Shown in pieces: positions 46,975 through 59,074 of a stretch of 64,000 nucleotides of DNA (position 1 is its first letter; each line of letters begins with the position of its first letter). This DNA comes from Phyllosticta citribraziliensis. Taxonomy: Eukaryota. Both the position numbers and the translations under genes were made by a program. The stretch lies in NCBI RefSeq assembly GCF_038025025.1, contig NW_027117339.1, forward strand, positions 744,001-808,000. Reading direction: 5' to 3'. The notes under the pieces are model-generated. The model was not told the origin of the DNA. It saw only the letters and a list, made by a program, of their open reading frames with translations, and did no database searches.

Positions 46975-49203
46975 CTAGTCAGGCGCGCCCTTGTCGTTCC
47001 AGCTCGGACGGATACCCCTACACACGCCCATGTAGTCGCGCCACAGGTCCGGCCGCTCCTCGACGCCCTCGGTGGTCCAGAACATGGTCCACAGCGAGCC
47101 GTCCCAGGCGTCGAGCTTCAGCGTGCCGACGCTGCGCTCAAAGTACCACTTGTTGACGGGGTTGTCGCGGCGCGAGCGCCACACGACGCCGTCGGGCAGG
47201 CAGCCGCGCACCATGGCCTTGAAGACGATGTCGGCGACGCCGCCGGAGCCCTGGCAGCGCTTGAGCACGGCGAACTTGTCGAGGTACGGCACGGGGGGTG
47301 GGCGCGGCGCGTGCGGGTCGGCGAGGGGTGGCGGGTCTTCCCAGGTGATGATGGCGCCGCCTTCGTACTCGCCGGCGATGATGATGCCGGCGAGTTTGTT
47401 GCGCACCCGGTTGAGGTAGTGCTGCACGTCGAGCTTGCGCCCGAACGAGTCTTCGATCAGGTGCACCAGCCGCGGCATGTCGATGCGCGGGTCGTCCAGC
47501 GACAGCGTCGGCGAGCCCGGTTTGGGCGGCCGCCAGGGCTCCTTGCGCGGATCGGGAATCACCGTCAGCGGCATGCCGCGCTTCACGAACGTGGCGGGCA
47601 TGATGGTCGGGATCTGTGCGGTTGGGGAGTCTGGGTGTGAGGACGACACCATGGGTTTGTCCGTCAGCAGGTTGTGGATTAGGGGGTTCTTTTGGCGGCG
47701 GGTCTGCACGCCGGGAGTCGACGAGTGGCGCGATGTCGCCGAGATGGCGACTTCGGTGGGCGTGATGATGATAGCAGATGAGGACGGTGGTAGGAGGGCC
47801 AAGCTTCGCTGGACCAGATCCAGGTTTTTCAGGTGCCTGCTCGGCTTGTATCGAGAATCCAAGATTCTGGGATTGATCGGTGGCAAAGACGCAATCTCAC
47901 GCTCCGTGAACTGTGAGAGAGGGTTTGATGATCCCAAGATGGAGCCTTTGACACTGCTGTCGTCGAGTTGGCTGGCGACAGCCTCTTGGGCCTGGATGAG
48001 GTCTTGACGGATCTCGGGGTATTCTTGCTCCAAGTTGATAAAGACGTGAGCACGATCATTCCGGTTCGGGAACGGAATGCCACCCAGAGGATCCAGGACG
48101 ATAATCCTCTCTAGCGAAATATCATCGTCTTTGAAAGTGTCTTTATTAGTGGCGTGCTTGTTGATTCCAGAGAATTCTCGCGTCAGGGCAAGCAAGACGT
48201 CGTCTGGCTGCACTCTGGTGACTGTAAAATTTTCTTTTGTATAAGCGATTGGTGGAATCACGGGAATGACTCCGCCCTGGAGCAGCGGCATGAGCAAGTT
48301 TGGGTATTCGACCTCGATGCCGCCCCTAACGGCAACCTTGGACGGAAGCTCTTGCTCATATGGTGATATACTGATGGAGTCGTGTATGCAGACTGCACCG
48401 CCAGGTGTGTATCGCCTCAGGGACTGTACAAGACGATGAGCCTGCTCATTGACCTTGGCCCGCCATTCGTTGTTGATTTTGTCTGGAACCTCTGGAGTGG
48501 TGTCCTCGTCCGGGTCAACGACGACAGCGATGCTCAGACCAAGTCGCACAAGCTGGCCTAGTGTTAGGCTTACGCCATAAAGGGTCGCGGGATCCCAAAG
48601 ATCGACAGCCCTGACTTTGACAAGGGCAATGTGCAGCGGCACAGCAGTTTCGACCTCGGGGAGCTTCTCCTCCAATTTCTGGTGGGTGAAGACCGGAGTC
48701 TCTTGCATAGCCTTTGAAGGCTTGTACAGAGTTCCAAGGTTGACACCAGTTTGCTTGAGGCGCCAGCCATTGTTTTGCTCCACATTTGCAGCCGCGGCTT
48801 GGTCCAGCTCCTGGAACCTCTTTGCTACTTTTTGTGCAGACTTTCTGCGTGACTGAGGATCGTAGCGAGCCAGAAATGAGCGAGCATCGCGCTTGGTGGC
48901 CGAAGTGCTCAGAACGGAGAGGATGAACTCGCGTTCGTGGTCAATGTCTTCGGGTTTGACGGCATGCGGCTTGGCCGGGGACTCGTCATGGTGGGATTCA
49001 TAGCGCACACTGCTGCCAATTGACCGGGCAAAGGGCGGACAGCGCGGGTGAGCGATGGAGGGCTCATTGGGCTCGGATGTGTGCTGCGTAAAAATCCATC
49101 AGCATTGTTGCGAATTCGGAGGCGGCAAGAGGAGGATTTGACGAACTCGGCGACGGAGTTTAGCAGCGGGACGCGCCCTCAAAGACGCGCGACAGACGTT
49201 CAT
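46975..49203 (-). CDS. ARG2: Mitochondrial amino-acid (N-acetylglutamate) acetyltransferase
   Basis: Arg-rich presequence MNVCRASLRARPAAKLRRR from ATG 49203, intron 49084-49146. Motifs SVLSTSATKRDARSFL, IIVLDPLGGIP, HNLLTDKP, YLDKFAV, GVADIVF and WRSRRDNPVNKWYFERS. Confidence 0.9.
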
Positions 49204-49285
49204 GTCTCGAACCACGCACAAAAGACGAGTTGAAGCAGAGAAGGGAAGAGGAGAAGCAGCATGGCGGGTGAGGAGGAAGAGAGTG

Positions 49286-49292
49286 TGAGTCA
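49286..49292. promoter_or_regulatory. Gcn4/CpcA response element upstream of ARG2
   Basis: TGAGTCA (reverse complement TGACTCA), 83 bp upstream of the ARG2 ATG. Confidence 0.5.
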
Positions 49293-49616
49293 ATTGGTCG
49301 ATGGTGCAGCTAAATGGCGTGAGGGCCTCAGCTGGGAGAGTTCCGTCCTTCGTTTGAAAATGACGCCCGCTATCGATAGCAACGGAATGATGCCGACACA
49401 GGCGGGGCTAACGACAGGGAGCTCGGCCGGCCTCCATCTCCGATGTCACCAGCTCCGGAACACTTCCTCGGCCAGGGTAGGTTGGTAATCATTGGGCATA
49501 GATCGAGGAAGCATGTAGAGCAGTCTAAGATATAACGTGTTCAACACCTGCAAGTTTTGTGCTCATTCCCAAATCCACCCCCTCCATATCTACACACCAA
49601 GCGAATCTTCACCACC

Positions 49617-50692
49617 ATGGCCCCCGGAGTAGCATGGATAGGCCTTGGCAACATGGGCAGGGTGCGTCTCCAGCCCTTTCCATCCCCTGCGATGGTAGCT
49701 GACACCATGGCAGGGCATGTGCAGGAACCTGTCCGCCAAAGGCAATCTCGAAAAGCCTCTGGTCATTTACAACCGGACCAAGAAGCGCGCCGATGACCTG
49801 GCGGGCCAGCTCGCTCCGGCCAAGTCGACCGTTGCCAGCTCTGTGCAGGAAGCCGTCAAGAGCGCCGACGTTATCTTCACCTGTCTCGGAGATGACAAGG
49901 CCGTCAATGAAACAATCGATGCTGCCCTCTCAGAAGACGTCAAGGGGAAGCTCTTTGTAGAGTGCTCCACCATCCATCCCGAGACTACCAATGCGCTCGC
50001 GGAACGGATCGTGGCCAAGGGCGCCGAGTTTGTGGCCAGTCCTGGTGCGTGCGCCGTCATCGGACTACATGTGATTCTGTTGATGCTAACATGACCAGTA
50101 TTTGGACCCCCCGCCATGGCAGACGCTGGCCAGCTGATTTTTGTCCTGGCTGGTCCTCGGGCGTCGGTCGACAAGGTAAAGCCGTACACTACTGGTGTCA
50201 TGGGTAAAAGCATCATCGATTTTTCAGACCAGCAGCCGGGCAAGGCAACGCTGCTGAAAGTCATCGGCAACACGTTCGTATTCAACATGATCGAAACCCT
50301 TGCCGAGGGTCACGTGTTGGCCGAAAAGAGCGGTCTCGGATCGGACAACCTGCACCAGTTCATCGAGGCCATGTTCCCTGGTCCGTTCACTGCTTATTCG
50401 AACAGAATCCAACAGGGCGAATACTACAAGCGTGAAGAGGTGAGTCGAGCGACCATGCAAGATTGGGAGATGCTGACGAAATCAATCACAGCCGTTGTTC
50501 TCAGCCGACCTGGCGAGGAAAGATGCGCAGCATGCGCTCAAGGTCGCCGAGCAGTGTGGAACCAAGATGGCCGCTTTGGAAGTCATTGAAAAGCACTTTG
50601 CTGATGTCCAAAAATACGCTGGCTCAAAGGGAGACGTGGCCGGGATATATGGTGCCGTGAGGATGGAGAGCGGCATGAGCTACGAGAACTAG
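49617..50692 (+). CDS. NAD(P)-dependent beta-hydroxyacid dehydrogenase (3-hydroxyisobutyrate/6-phosphogluconate dehydrogenase family)
   Basis: WIGLGNMG Rossmann motif, YNRT, ECSTIHP, ASP|VFGPP, LKVIGN and ARKD. Three introns near 49662-49713, 50045-50098 and 50440-50491. Confidence 0.88.
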
Positions 50693-51184
50693 AGCATAGA
50701 TAGAGGTGGAGTAGGGCAATGTCTGGAATGGTGCGGCGGGTTGTGGTCATGAGTTGACAGACTGACGTAAGTTGAGACAACGGTCGACGTGTGCGCCAAG
50801 CGCGGAACACGATATGCAGCACTGGTGGTGATGGTGAGGTTGGTGTTGTGCATGCCGTACCGGTAGGGCAGCCAATGGGCGGCGGGAGTCGAGGTGGGAG
50901 GTCACCTGTGGCAGTGCGACCAACCAGAATCTGACGGTGCGTCACTCTACAGCTCACTCCGGCTGTGCTGCAAGTTCACTTGGGTTGGGTTAGTTGTCTC
51001 TGCGGTCATGGACGCTCTTTTTCTCTTCCCCAGCCTTCCAGCCACGTCCAGGTCCGTCCGTGGTCCTCACCTTAGCACCACGACCTGACCACACCATGCC
51101 TTGCACGTTGCGGCCCTTGTAGCGAGCCAGACGATCTCTTCTTCCACCCAATACAGCGCCAGCCCAGCTCACCTCCACCATACC

Positions 51185-51913
51185 ATGTGTCTCGTTCGCG
51201 TCCACGAGGAGCCCGACGTCGTGGTGCCTTACCGCGTTGCTCGTCGCCGACGAACTCGAGCGCGAGCATACTACTCGCCGCCCCACTCTTCCCGAATCTC
51301 GCGGACCATAATCGAGGAGCGTCGTCCGCCTTCTCCTTCGCTCGTGTCCCACCACAGCCACCACACTCACCACACTGCGACGACACACAAATCCAAACAC
51401 TCTGCGCCCCCGCCCAAGGTTCATCCGCCTCCTCCGCCAGCTCCTCCTCCGCCTGCGCCTCGTCCACCCTCAAGGCCTCCGTCTAGACACTCGTCGGCGC
51501 ACATTGTCGAAGTCAGGCCAAGCAGCAGCAGCAGCAGCAGCTCCAGTAGTTCCAGCAGCAGCAGCAGCAGTAGCAGCGACAACAGGAGCAAAAGCCACAA
51601 GAGCCATAAGAGCCACAAGAGCCACGACAGGCACACAGAACAGGATTATGTCATTCGGGAGCGCGAGGTGAGGCGCGAGCGCAGGCGGCAAAGTTCGCCG
51701 GCAAGGTCGTCCTTTACAGACCATTCACACCGTCAACCCATGTACGAGACGTTTCGCTACGTCGAACCGCGGCGCGAGAGCTTCGTATCTCGGTCGCGCA
51801 GCAGGAGCGGGGTGGAACACTTCGATAACGACGAGCCTGGTCCACGGGAAAGCTTTCGGTCGACCAAGATCGAGGTGCACGACAGGCGGCGGCCCAAAAA
51901 GTATCACAAGTGA
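51185..51913 (+). CDS. Small Ser/Arg/Pro/His-rich disordered protein
   Basis: ATG 51185 in CCATACCATG context (MCLVRVHEEPDVVVPYRV). Poly-Pro, poly-Ser (AGC repeats), SHK repeats, YETFRYVEP. Confidence 0.6.
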   Translation: MCLVRVHEEPDVVVPYRVARRRRTRARAYYSPPHSSRISRTIIEERRPPSPSLVSHHSHHTHHTATTHKSKHSAPPPKVHPPPPPAPPPPAPRPPSRPPSRHSSAHIVEVRPSSSSSSSSSSSSSSSSSSSDNRSKSHKSHKSHKSHDRHTEQDYVIREREVRRERRRQSSPARSSFTDHSHRQPMYETFRYVEPRRESFVSRSRSRSGVEHFDNDEPGPRESFRSTKIEVHDRRRPKKYHK

Positions 51914-52410
51914 CGGGAAAAGGCCACTGCGGTGGAAGGCGAGGAGGATTTCGGATCGGATGCGGCTTTGATTTCGGCTTGATGATTTATGACGGACGAG
52001 GCATGAATGAAATGGAAATGAATAACGAGCACCCTGAATTGATGATACAGTACTATTGATAGTGGCCGAGTGGTGTCTTTGCACAAGTGACGTCCGAGGC
52101 GGGCTTCCTTGCAAGCGCTGAGACTTTATACACCTCCGTGCATGTCCGTCAGGGTGCGCCGAACATCCACTGACGTTGGCAGCTGGACTTGCGCCAACCA
52201 TGGTCCAGCATCGTCCAGCGCCTCACCTGTCTCCAACAAGGACGACTTCAACCGTCCTTCAGCAATCAACAGGCCGCAAACGCCCATCGCTTTCACGCCT
52301 CGTGATGCGCAGCCTGTCGCGCAAACCTCCCCATACCCTGCACGACCACCTCCGCCGACGCTTCCACCGCCGTCATCCCCCAGAGTGATCCACCACCACT
52401 CCCTGCCGTA

Positions 52411-55400
52411 ATGTCTACATCCATCCGCGTCCTCATACGCGACTATCCGCATCGCTCGATAGCTCTAGCGACCGAATCCCACGTCCTCGTTTTCCGCCAT
52501 AGTCCCACCTCGACGGAACGTAGCGGCAATGGCTTCTACAGCAGCGGCGTCAATGCTTCACAGAGCTCAGTGTCCAGCACGAGTGGCAACGCGCCTAGGT
52601 GCATGGTCGAATTCTCCAACAGTCAGGAAATAGACTTGAGCGATTACCGGAGCTTGTCAAGCCAGTCGATTCACGGCACGCTGGGCTTGATCACCGTCAA
52701 CAATGACGTCTTTTTGTGCGTGGTGAGCGCTGCAACGAGGGCAGCCACCGTCAGACCGGGAGAGACGGTGCAAAAAATTCTTTCTGTAAACTTTCGTGCG
52801 TACACGCAAACTACTGCTTTGTATTCGGCTTATCATGCTGACCGCATCCAGACTGCTTGAATAGAAGCGATTATGACGAGATTCTCTACGACGAAATCAA
52901 CCCATACCCTACCGATGCCGTGGACGAGGAGGGCTTCGATCAGAACTACTACGGGCGGCGAGGAGATAATGTGCCGGAGCATCCGTGCATGGCATTGAAG
53001 AAGCTGCTGAGCAGCGGGACCTTTTACTACAGCTCCGATTTCGACATGACGAAGCGTCTCCAGGACAGATCCACTGAATCTACAACCGTAGCGCTCGACA
53101 GCTTGGACGCAGGCTTCCTGTGGAATTCGTACATGATCCAGCCACTGGTCGACTTTAGATCTCGGCTGTCGCAGACTGAAAAAGCATCGCTGGACTCTTC
53201 CGGATTCCTGACTTCGGCCATTAGAGGATTCGCTTCGACCTTCAATGTCCCAGCTTCATCATCGCCAGCAAGATCCAGCCGCACGGGCTTGCCGTCTCAG
53301 ATGACTCTGATATCGCGTTTGTCGTGTAGAAGAGCAGGAACTAGGTTCAACGCCAGAGGCATGGACGACGACGGCAACGTGGCCAACTTCGTGGAAACGG
53401 AGACAATTTTCTGGACCCCAGACGGCCTCACATTCTCCTATGTGCAAGTTCGCGGTAGCGTTCCTCTGTTCTGGGAGCAAGCAACAGGTCTCCTTCCTGG
53501 CCAGCAAAAAGTATCCATCACACGATCTCCCGAAGCGACACAGCCTGCTTTCGACAAACATTTTGAAAATCTTGAACTGGCATATGGTCCGGTCCACGTG
53601 GTCAACCTGCTCAGTGCCGAGAAGCCCGCCGAAGTCGAAATCAGCGACCGCTACCGTGATCACGTTCATCACTCTTCGCTTCTCCGTGGAGCAGAAAAGA
53701 ATGGTTCAGCTGGCCACGAGTTATTAAAGCTGACCGAGTATGACTTTCATGCTGAGACCAGGGGCCCAAGTGGATACGAGGCCGCTAGCCTAATTGCGCG
53801 GTACATTCAAGATTCTGCTGAGAGCTTCGCCTATTACCTGTCGGAGGAAGTGGAAGAGCGGCCCAAATCCGGCCGCGGCGAGGATCAGATTTACCGTCGC
53901 TCAACTACTATCCTCCAGCAAGAAGGCGTGTTCAGGACAAACTGTCTCGACTGCCTCGACCGAACCAACTTGGTTCAGACCATTATCAGCAGAATGGCTC
54001 TTGAAGTTTTTCTTGCCGGTCGGGGCGAGCGTGGGTCTCCCGATTTTTGGCACAGACACGGAACTCTCTGGGCCGACAATGGTGACGCCTTGTCCAAGAT
54101 TTATGCTGGCACTGGGGCGTTGAAGTCGTCTTTTACGCGTTCGGGCAAAATGTCACTTGCCGGTGCAATCGCAGATGCCAGGAAAAGCGCACAGAGAATG
54201 TACATCAACAATTTTGCCGACAAGGGACGGCAGAATACCATTGACATGCTGCTCGTGAGTCTACCCACCTATTCTTTACCCGGAAATTGCTGACTTAATT
54301 GGTTCAAGGGCCGTTTGGTAGGCCAATTCCCCGTGCATCTATTTGATCCCATCAATGACTTCGTCATGAGCGAGCTCAACCGTCGGGCCGGCGAGTATTC
54401 ATCAGAAAGACCAATCCACATATGGGTTGGCACATTCAATCTCAACGGAAAAACCGACGGCCTTTCTCAAGATCTTTCGTCGTGGGTCTGCCCGCCGGTC
54501 GATCCGTCTCAGCAGTTTCCAGAAATCGTGGCAGTTGGATTTCAGGAAATAGTGGAGCTCAGCCCCCAGCAAATCATGTCTACGGATCCAGCACGCAGAC
54601 AGGAGTGGGAGTCTGCTGTCAAGAGAACTCTAAACGAGAATGCTCAAATGCACGGACAGGAGGAGTATGTGGCGCTCAGGGGTGGGCAACTGGTTGGAGC
54701 TTCGCTTTCGGTGTTTGTCAAAGCCAGCGTCTTGAAATTCATCAAAAATGTCGAGGGCAGCTTGAAAAAGGTAAGAAACCTGGTTCCTCAGTTTCGAAAA
54801 TAGCTAATCCATGTAGACGGGCATGTCTGGTATGGCAGGCAACAAGGGAGCTGTGGCAATACGGATGGACTTTGCCGATACCTCACTTTGCTTCGTCACT
54901 GCGCACTTGGCAGCTGGATTTGCCAACTACGAAGAGCGAAACCGCGACTACCGGACGATTAGCCATGGCCTTCGATTCCAGAGGAACCGGTCGATTGAAG
55001 ACCACGATACTGTCATCTGGCTTGGCGACTTCAACTACCGCATTGGGTTGCGTAATGAGGAAGTCAGGAAGCTGGTCGAAATCGGTGATTTAGAGACCCT
55101 CTACGCCAACGATCAGCTGAACTTGCAAATGGTGCACGGCTTGACCTTTCCATTCTACTCCGAGGCCCGCATCACCTTTGCGCCTACGTACAAGTACGAC
55201 AATGGGACGGATCGGTACGACACATCTGAAAAGGCGCGCATACCCGCCTGGTGTGATCGTGTCTTGATGAAGGGCACCAATCTACGCCAAATCAACTACA
55301 ACACTGCGCCTTTGAGATTCTCTGACCACCGGCCCGTCTACGCTACCTTTCTCTGCAACATCACCATGATTGATGAGAGGAAGAAGGACGAATTGGCGCA

Positions 55401-56469
55401 CAATCTGTATCAAAAGCGCAAGGGTATGGTCGGTCATGCCACGGCGGCAGGCAGTCAGGAAAGCTCAGATGAAGACTTGATCGGCTACGAACCTATCGAC
55501 CCCACACTTCCACCCGCCAGCTCTGACCGCCGCAAGTGGTGGTTTGATAATGGAAAGCCCTCTGGGCCGACGATACGCCCTCCTGGGGACGACTTTGCCC
55601 CCAACCCGAGCCGACCTTCAAATCCTTGGACCGCATCTGATGAGCCCGATTGGGTCAAGGTCGCGCCAGGGCCAAAAGCGCAACCTCCTCCTCCACCAGC
55701 TCCACGGGGTGCCGCCGTCAACAGGACGCGAACACCAAGTACAGCCTCTGCGGCCAGTACGCGTCGTATACTCCCGCCTCCTTTGGAGCCCACGCGCACC
55801 AACACCCCTCCGTTACTTCCAGCCCGCTCAAACTCGACCGCGAGCACCGCGAACCGCCCCATACCTGCCCTGCCTCCTCGCCGTGCCGGCACATTTGGTC
55901 TTGACGGCATCAAATCTGCCGCTGCCTCCAAAGCCACTCTCTCGCAACCTACCTCCGCCCCAATATCCCGCAAAGCCTCCCCTCCCGCCGTCGTCCCTCG
56001 CAAACCGACTCCGCCCGGCGTGCCATCACACCAACACCAAGACCTCTCTCGCTCGGCATCGACGTCGAGCAGCGGCTCAACCGGTTCGGTCAAGCGCAAA
56101 CCGGCGCCCCCCATCATCCCCAAGAAACCGGGCAATCTCGTCGGGATGACGACAGGGACGTCGTCGACGTCTTCCGCGGCGCCGACGAGCTCGCCCATCT
56201 CTCTGCCTTTGCATGGCAAGAGCCCGGCCTCGCCGCCTTCGAGCGCAGTGCAGGCGAAGAAAAAGGTCTTTGCGCCGCCGCCGGATATGACGGCGTCGAA
56301 GACTGGTACAGCGAGTGGCGAGAATGGTGAACTGGTGAGCGTTAAGGGGAAGAAGGACAAGGCGCCGCCGCCGCCTTTGCCCCGCCCGAGGAGGGGGAAC
56401 GGGTTGATTGATGATAGGGAAGACGAGATGGATCAGCTTGGGGGCTGGGAGGTGTTGAGGCCGGGATGA
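52411..56469 (+). CDS. Synaptojanin-like polyphosphoinositide phosphatase (Sac1 + 5-phosphatase + Pro-rich tail), Inp52/Inp53 type
   Basis: Introns 52796-52851, 54255-54308 and 54771-54816. RAGTRFNARG, RTNCLDCLDRTN (intact CX5RT), GNKGAV, WLGDFNYRI, PAWCDRVL and SDHRPV. Confidence 0.95.
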
Positions 56470-56660
56470 GCGGTCTACGAGTGAGGTTCGATCGTATGGA
56501 CGTGGCTTGGTGGCGATGCTAGACGAGTTGATCGAGACTGGAAGTAGACTGTCTAACTTTCGTCAGACGGGTAGTGATGAGAAAGAATTCAACTAGACTT
56601 ACTTGTTCTACATACCATTCGTCGTATCTTGACACAAAGCTCTCTAATCGTTCTCGTTGA

Positions 56661-56663
<3 letters not shown>

Positions 56664-56737
<74 letters not shown>
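56664..56737. repeat. (GA)n microsatellite, about 37 units
   Basis: Uninterrupted GA dinucleotide run. Confidence 0.97.
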
Positions 56738-56742
<5 letters not shown>

Positions 56743-57373
56743 TTGGGAAGATGGAGATGGAGATGCAGCAGCTGTCTTCTTCTTCTCCTCCTCCTCCTCC
56801 TCTCTCATATCCTCTCTCATCCACATCACCATCGCTTCCTTTCAATCTTCATACCTCCCCTGGACGGCATGGCATAGCAAAGAGGACGTGTGGCCTTTCT
56901 CAAACCGATAAGGCAAGCAAAAGAAAGTTTGACTTTGCAGACCTCCTCTCCAGCACTTCTCCACACACCCACCCACCCATACCAGCCAGCCACCCAGCCA
57001 GCCAGCCTAGAGCAAACACCATGGCAGTGGGCCTGTTCTGTTGCTGACGCGCTCACGGCTCCCGCCGGTGATTGCGGCGGTCATTAGACGCGGCGCAGTC
57101 GGTTGATGGTTGGTGCACGGGGTTCTCGGTCGCCATCGATCGACTCTGGGGAACTGTTTGGAGTGGGGAGCACGGATGTCTCGTCTGCCGGCGCAGCGTA
57201 AGCGTCGTACATAACGACAAGTCACTCAGCCAACAGCAACGCTCCTGAGAGGGCAACCCAAACATGCTCAATGAATGCAGCAGCGACAATCTATCAAGGG
57301 TACCAATAGAAGAGAAAGTAATCAAGACGAGGCTCATTGAGGCCAAGAACCAAGACATGACAGCGTGGACATT

Positions 57374-59074
57374 CTACTTCCTTTTCCCTTTCTTCTTACC
57401 ACCACCACCGCCACCGCCAGTCTTTGCACTCCTTTCCCTGACACCAGCCGCATCTCTTGTACTTCTGTCTTTGCCGCTCGAGCTTGCGGCCGCCTGCGCC
57501 TGTTTTTGCTTGTCCTTATCCTTACTTCTCTCGAAGCCGCTGCTGCCGCTTCCACTCCGCCCAGCCGGATCATCGGCGTTTTGCTCGTACTCGACGCGCA
57601 CCTCATCCTGGTTCCTCCCCGCACTCCTGATACCGCCGTACTCGTACATCCGCGCCAAACCATCTCCTTGCGCATATCCATGCACGAGAGATGGATCTGA
57701 GAAACTGGCCGCAGCATTGGTCGCATAGCTGGCGCCTTCGCGCCGCCCGACGGGCACTCTCCGCGGAACCCTGGCGTACGCGACGCCTCCAGACGGGTAC
57801 GGATACGTTGGGCCGCCAGTCTGGTACGCAAATGGGTCAAGGGGCATGGGAGGAGGGCGCTCAGAGGGATGAATAGGGTATGGCGGGGTAGAAGAGTGAA
57901 CTTGGCGTGGCGGGAGGCGAGGATGAGGGTAGTCGTCTGGTTCGGCCATGTCAGGACCAGTGCCGGAGTTTTGAGAGTCGTAGGACGAGGCACGGCTTTC
58001 TGCACGATAGCTTGCTTCATCTGCAAAGGAACCTGGGACGTCGTAGATGGGGCTACCAGGGACATTTCGGTTGCGATCAATAGTGTTGGGAGGCGAAGGG
58101 GTGAAGTGACTTTCTTTGCTGCTGCGGCTGCGCACGCCCTGGCTTTGGTCGCTGACACTGCGGTAGTTGGCCCGCGAGGTGCCAGTAGAGTAGCCAAGAG
58201 GAGCGGCACCGCCGCCTGGGACAATGAAGCCAGGAGGGCCAGGAGAAGGGGAGCTGGAATCGCTGGGAGAGAAATCGAGGTTGTGGCGTTGATTGGTGTT
58301 GCGGGAGTCTGGCGCCAAGAGCGGAGCACGGGAGGCTTTCTTGGTAGGGCGGGAGCTTGAACCTCCCGACGAGGGCCGTGCGGAAGACGGATCAGCAAGG
58401 GCGGGAGGCAATTGACGGGAGCGCGGCCGGGTCAGAATCTCTAGCTCTTCGTGTGTAAGACTGACGTCTGGCTGGCCACGGGCGCGAGCAACGCGGACGC
58501 GGTCGAGAGCGCGCTGGAAAAGATATTCCTCGTCGTCCGGATCCAAGTACTGCTCCGAGCCGCCGCCTCGACCATGATAATCATCTTGATAGTAGTCGTC
58601 CTCATAGGCAAAGCGGTCCTCTGGGAACCGCGGTCGTGAATTAATACCTTTACCAAGCAAGTACTCGTCAGAAAGAGAAGCCTGTCCCATCCCTGCTCCC
58701 TTTTGCATCTGCGGGTCTAGAAAGGCGCCGCGGGGTGCAAGGCGGAGCCCAAAATACTCGTCATCGTCACTGTCGCCCAGCTCCTGAAATCTGCTGCTCC
58801 CGTATGGTACACTGCCCCTCAAGTCAGACCTCCCCAATCGTGCTGCCCTCCCCCCGGGTGGTCTTCCCCATTGGGGCACACTGTCGTATGGAGTTCGCGG
58901 CCGACCACCTAGACCGCCTCCTCGGAAAAAGCTGACTCGATTGGCTTGTCCATGAATGTGGCGTGGCCGAGAATGGTGACGGCCGAGGCGCCAATGAGCC
59001 ACAGAACGGTCGTGATGGGGGAGGCCCACAGACCCAAGGGAACGGCAATGACGAAGAGAGCCGTGTACAGCTGG
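57374..59074 (-). CDS. Long uncharacterised ORF overlapping the YIP3 3' end in the -1 frame; start unresolved, first ATG at 58708
   Basis: Frame open from 59074 to stop 57374. Protein-like segments PYDSVPQW, ELGDSDDDEY and EEYLFQRALDRVRVARARGQPDVSLTHEELEIL. Ends KKKGKRK. Confidence 0.7.
   Translation of the reverse strand, partial: PAVHGSLRHCRSLGSVGLPHHDRSVAHWRLGRHHSRPRHIHGQANRVSFFRGGGLGGRPRTPYDSVPQWGRPPGGRAARLGRSDLRGSVPYGSSRFQELGDSDDDEYFGLRLAPRGAFLDPQMQKGAGMGQASLSDEYLLGKGINSRPRFPEDRFAYEDDYYQDDYHGRGGGSEQYLDPDDEEYLFQRALDRVRVARARGQPDVSLTHEELEILTRPRSRQLPPALADPSSARPSSGGSSSRPTKKASRAPLLAPDSRNTNQRHNLDFSPSDSSSPSPGPPGFIVPGGGAAPLGYSTGTSRANYRSVSDQSQGVRSRSSKESHFTPSPPNTIDRNRNVPGSPIYDVPGSFADEASYRAESRASSYDSQNSGTGPDMAEPDDYPHPRLPPRQVHSSTPPYPIHPSERPPPMPLDPFAYQTGGPTYPYPSGGVAYARVPRRVPVGRREGASYATNAAASFSDPSLVHGYAQGDGLARMYEYGGIRSAGRNQDEVRVEYEQNADDPAGRSGSGSSGFERSKDKDKQKQAQAAASSSGKDRSTRDAAGVRERSAKTGGGGGGGKKKGKRK

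Noticed and set aside
56570..56660. Possible box C/D snoRNA (GTGATGA)
   Set aside because: No downstream CTGA box D or terminal stem seen.
56519..56911. ORFs encoding poly-(ER) / poly-(SL)
   Set aside because: Translation artefacts of the (GA)n microsatellite.
58820..58911. Stop-codon readthrough of YIP3 as the route into the long ORF
   Set aside because: The zero frame closes again after about 29 codons and the +1 frame at 58824; only the -1 frame is long.
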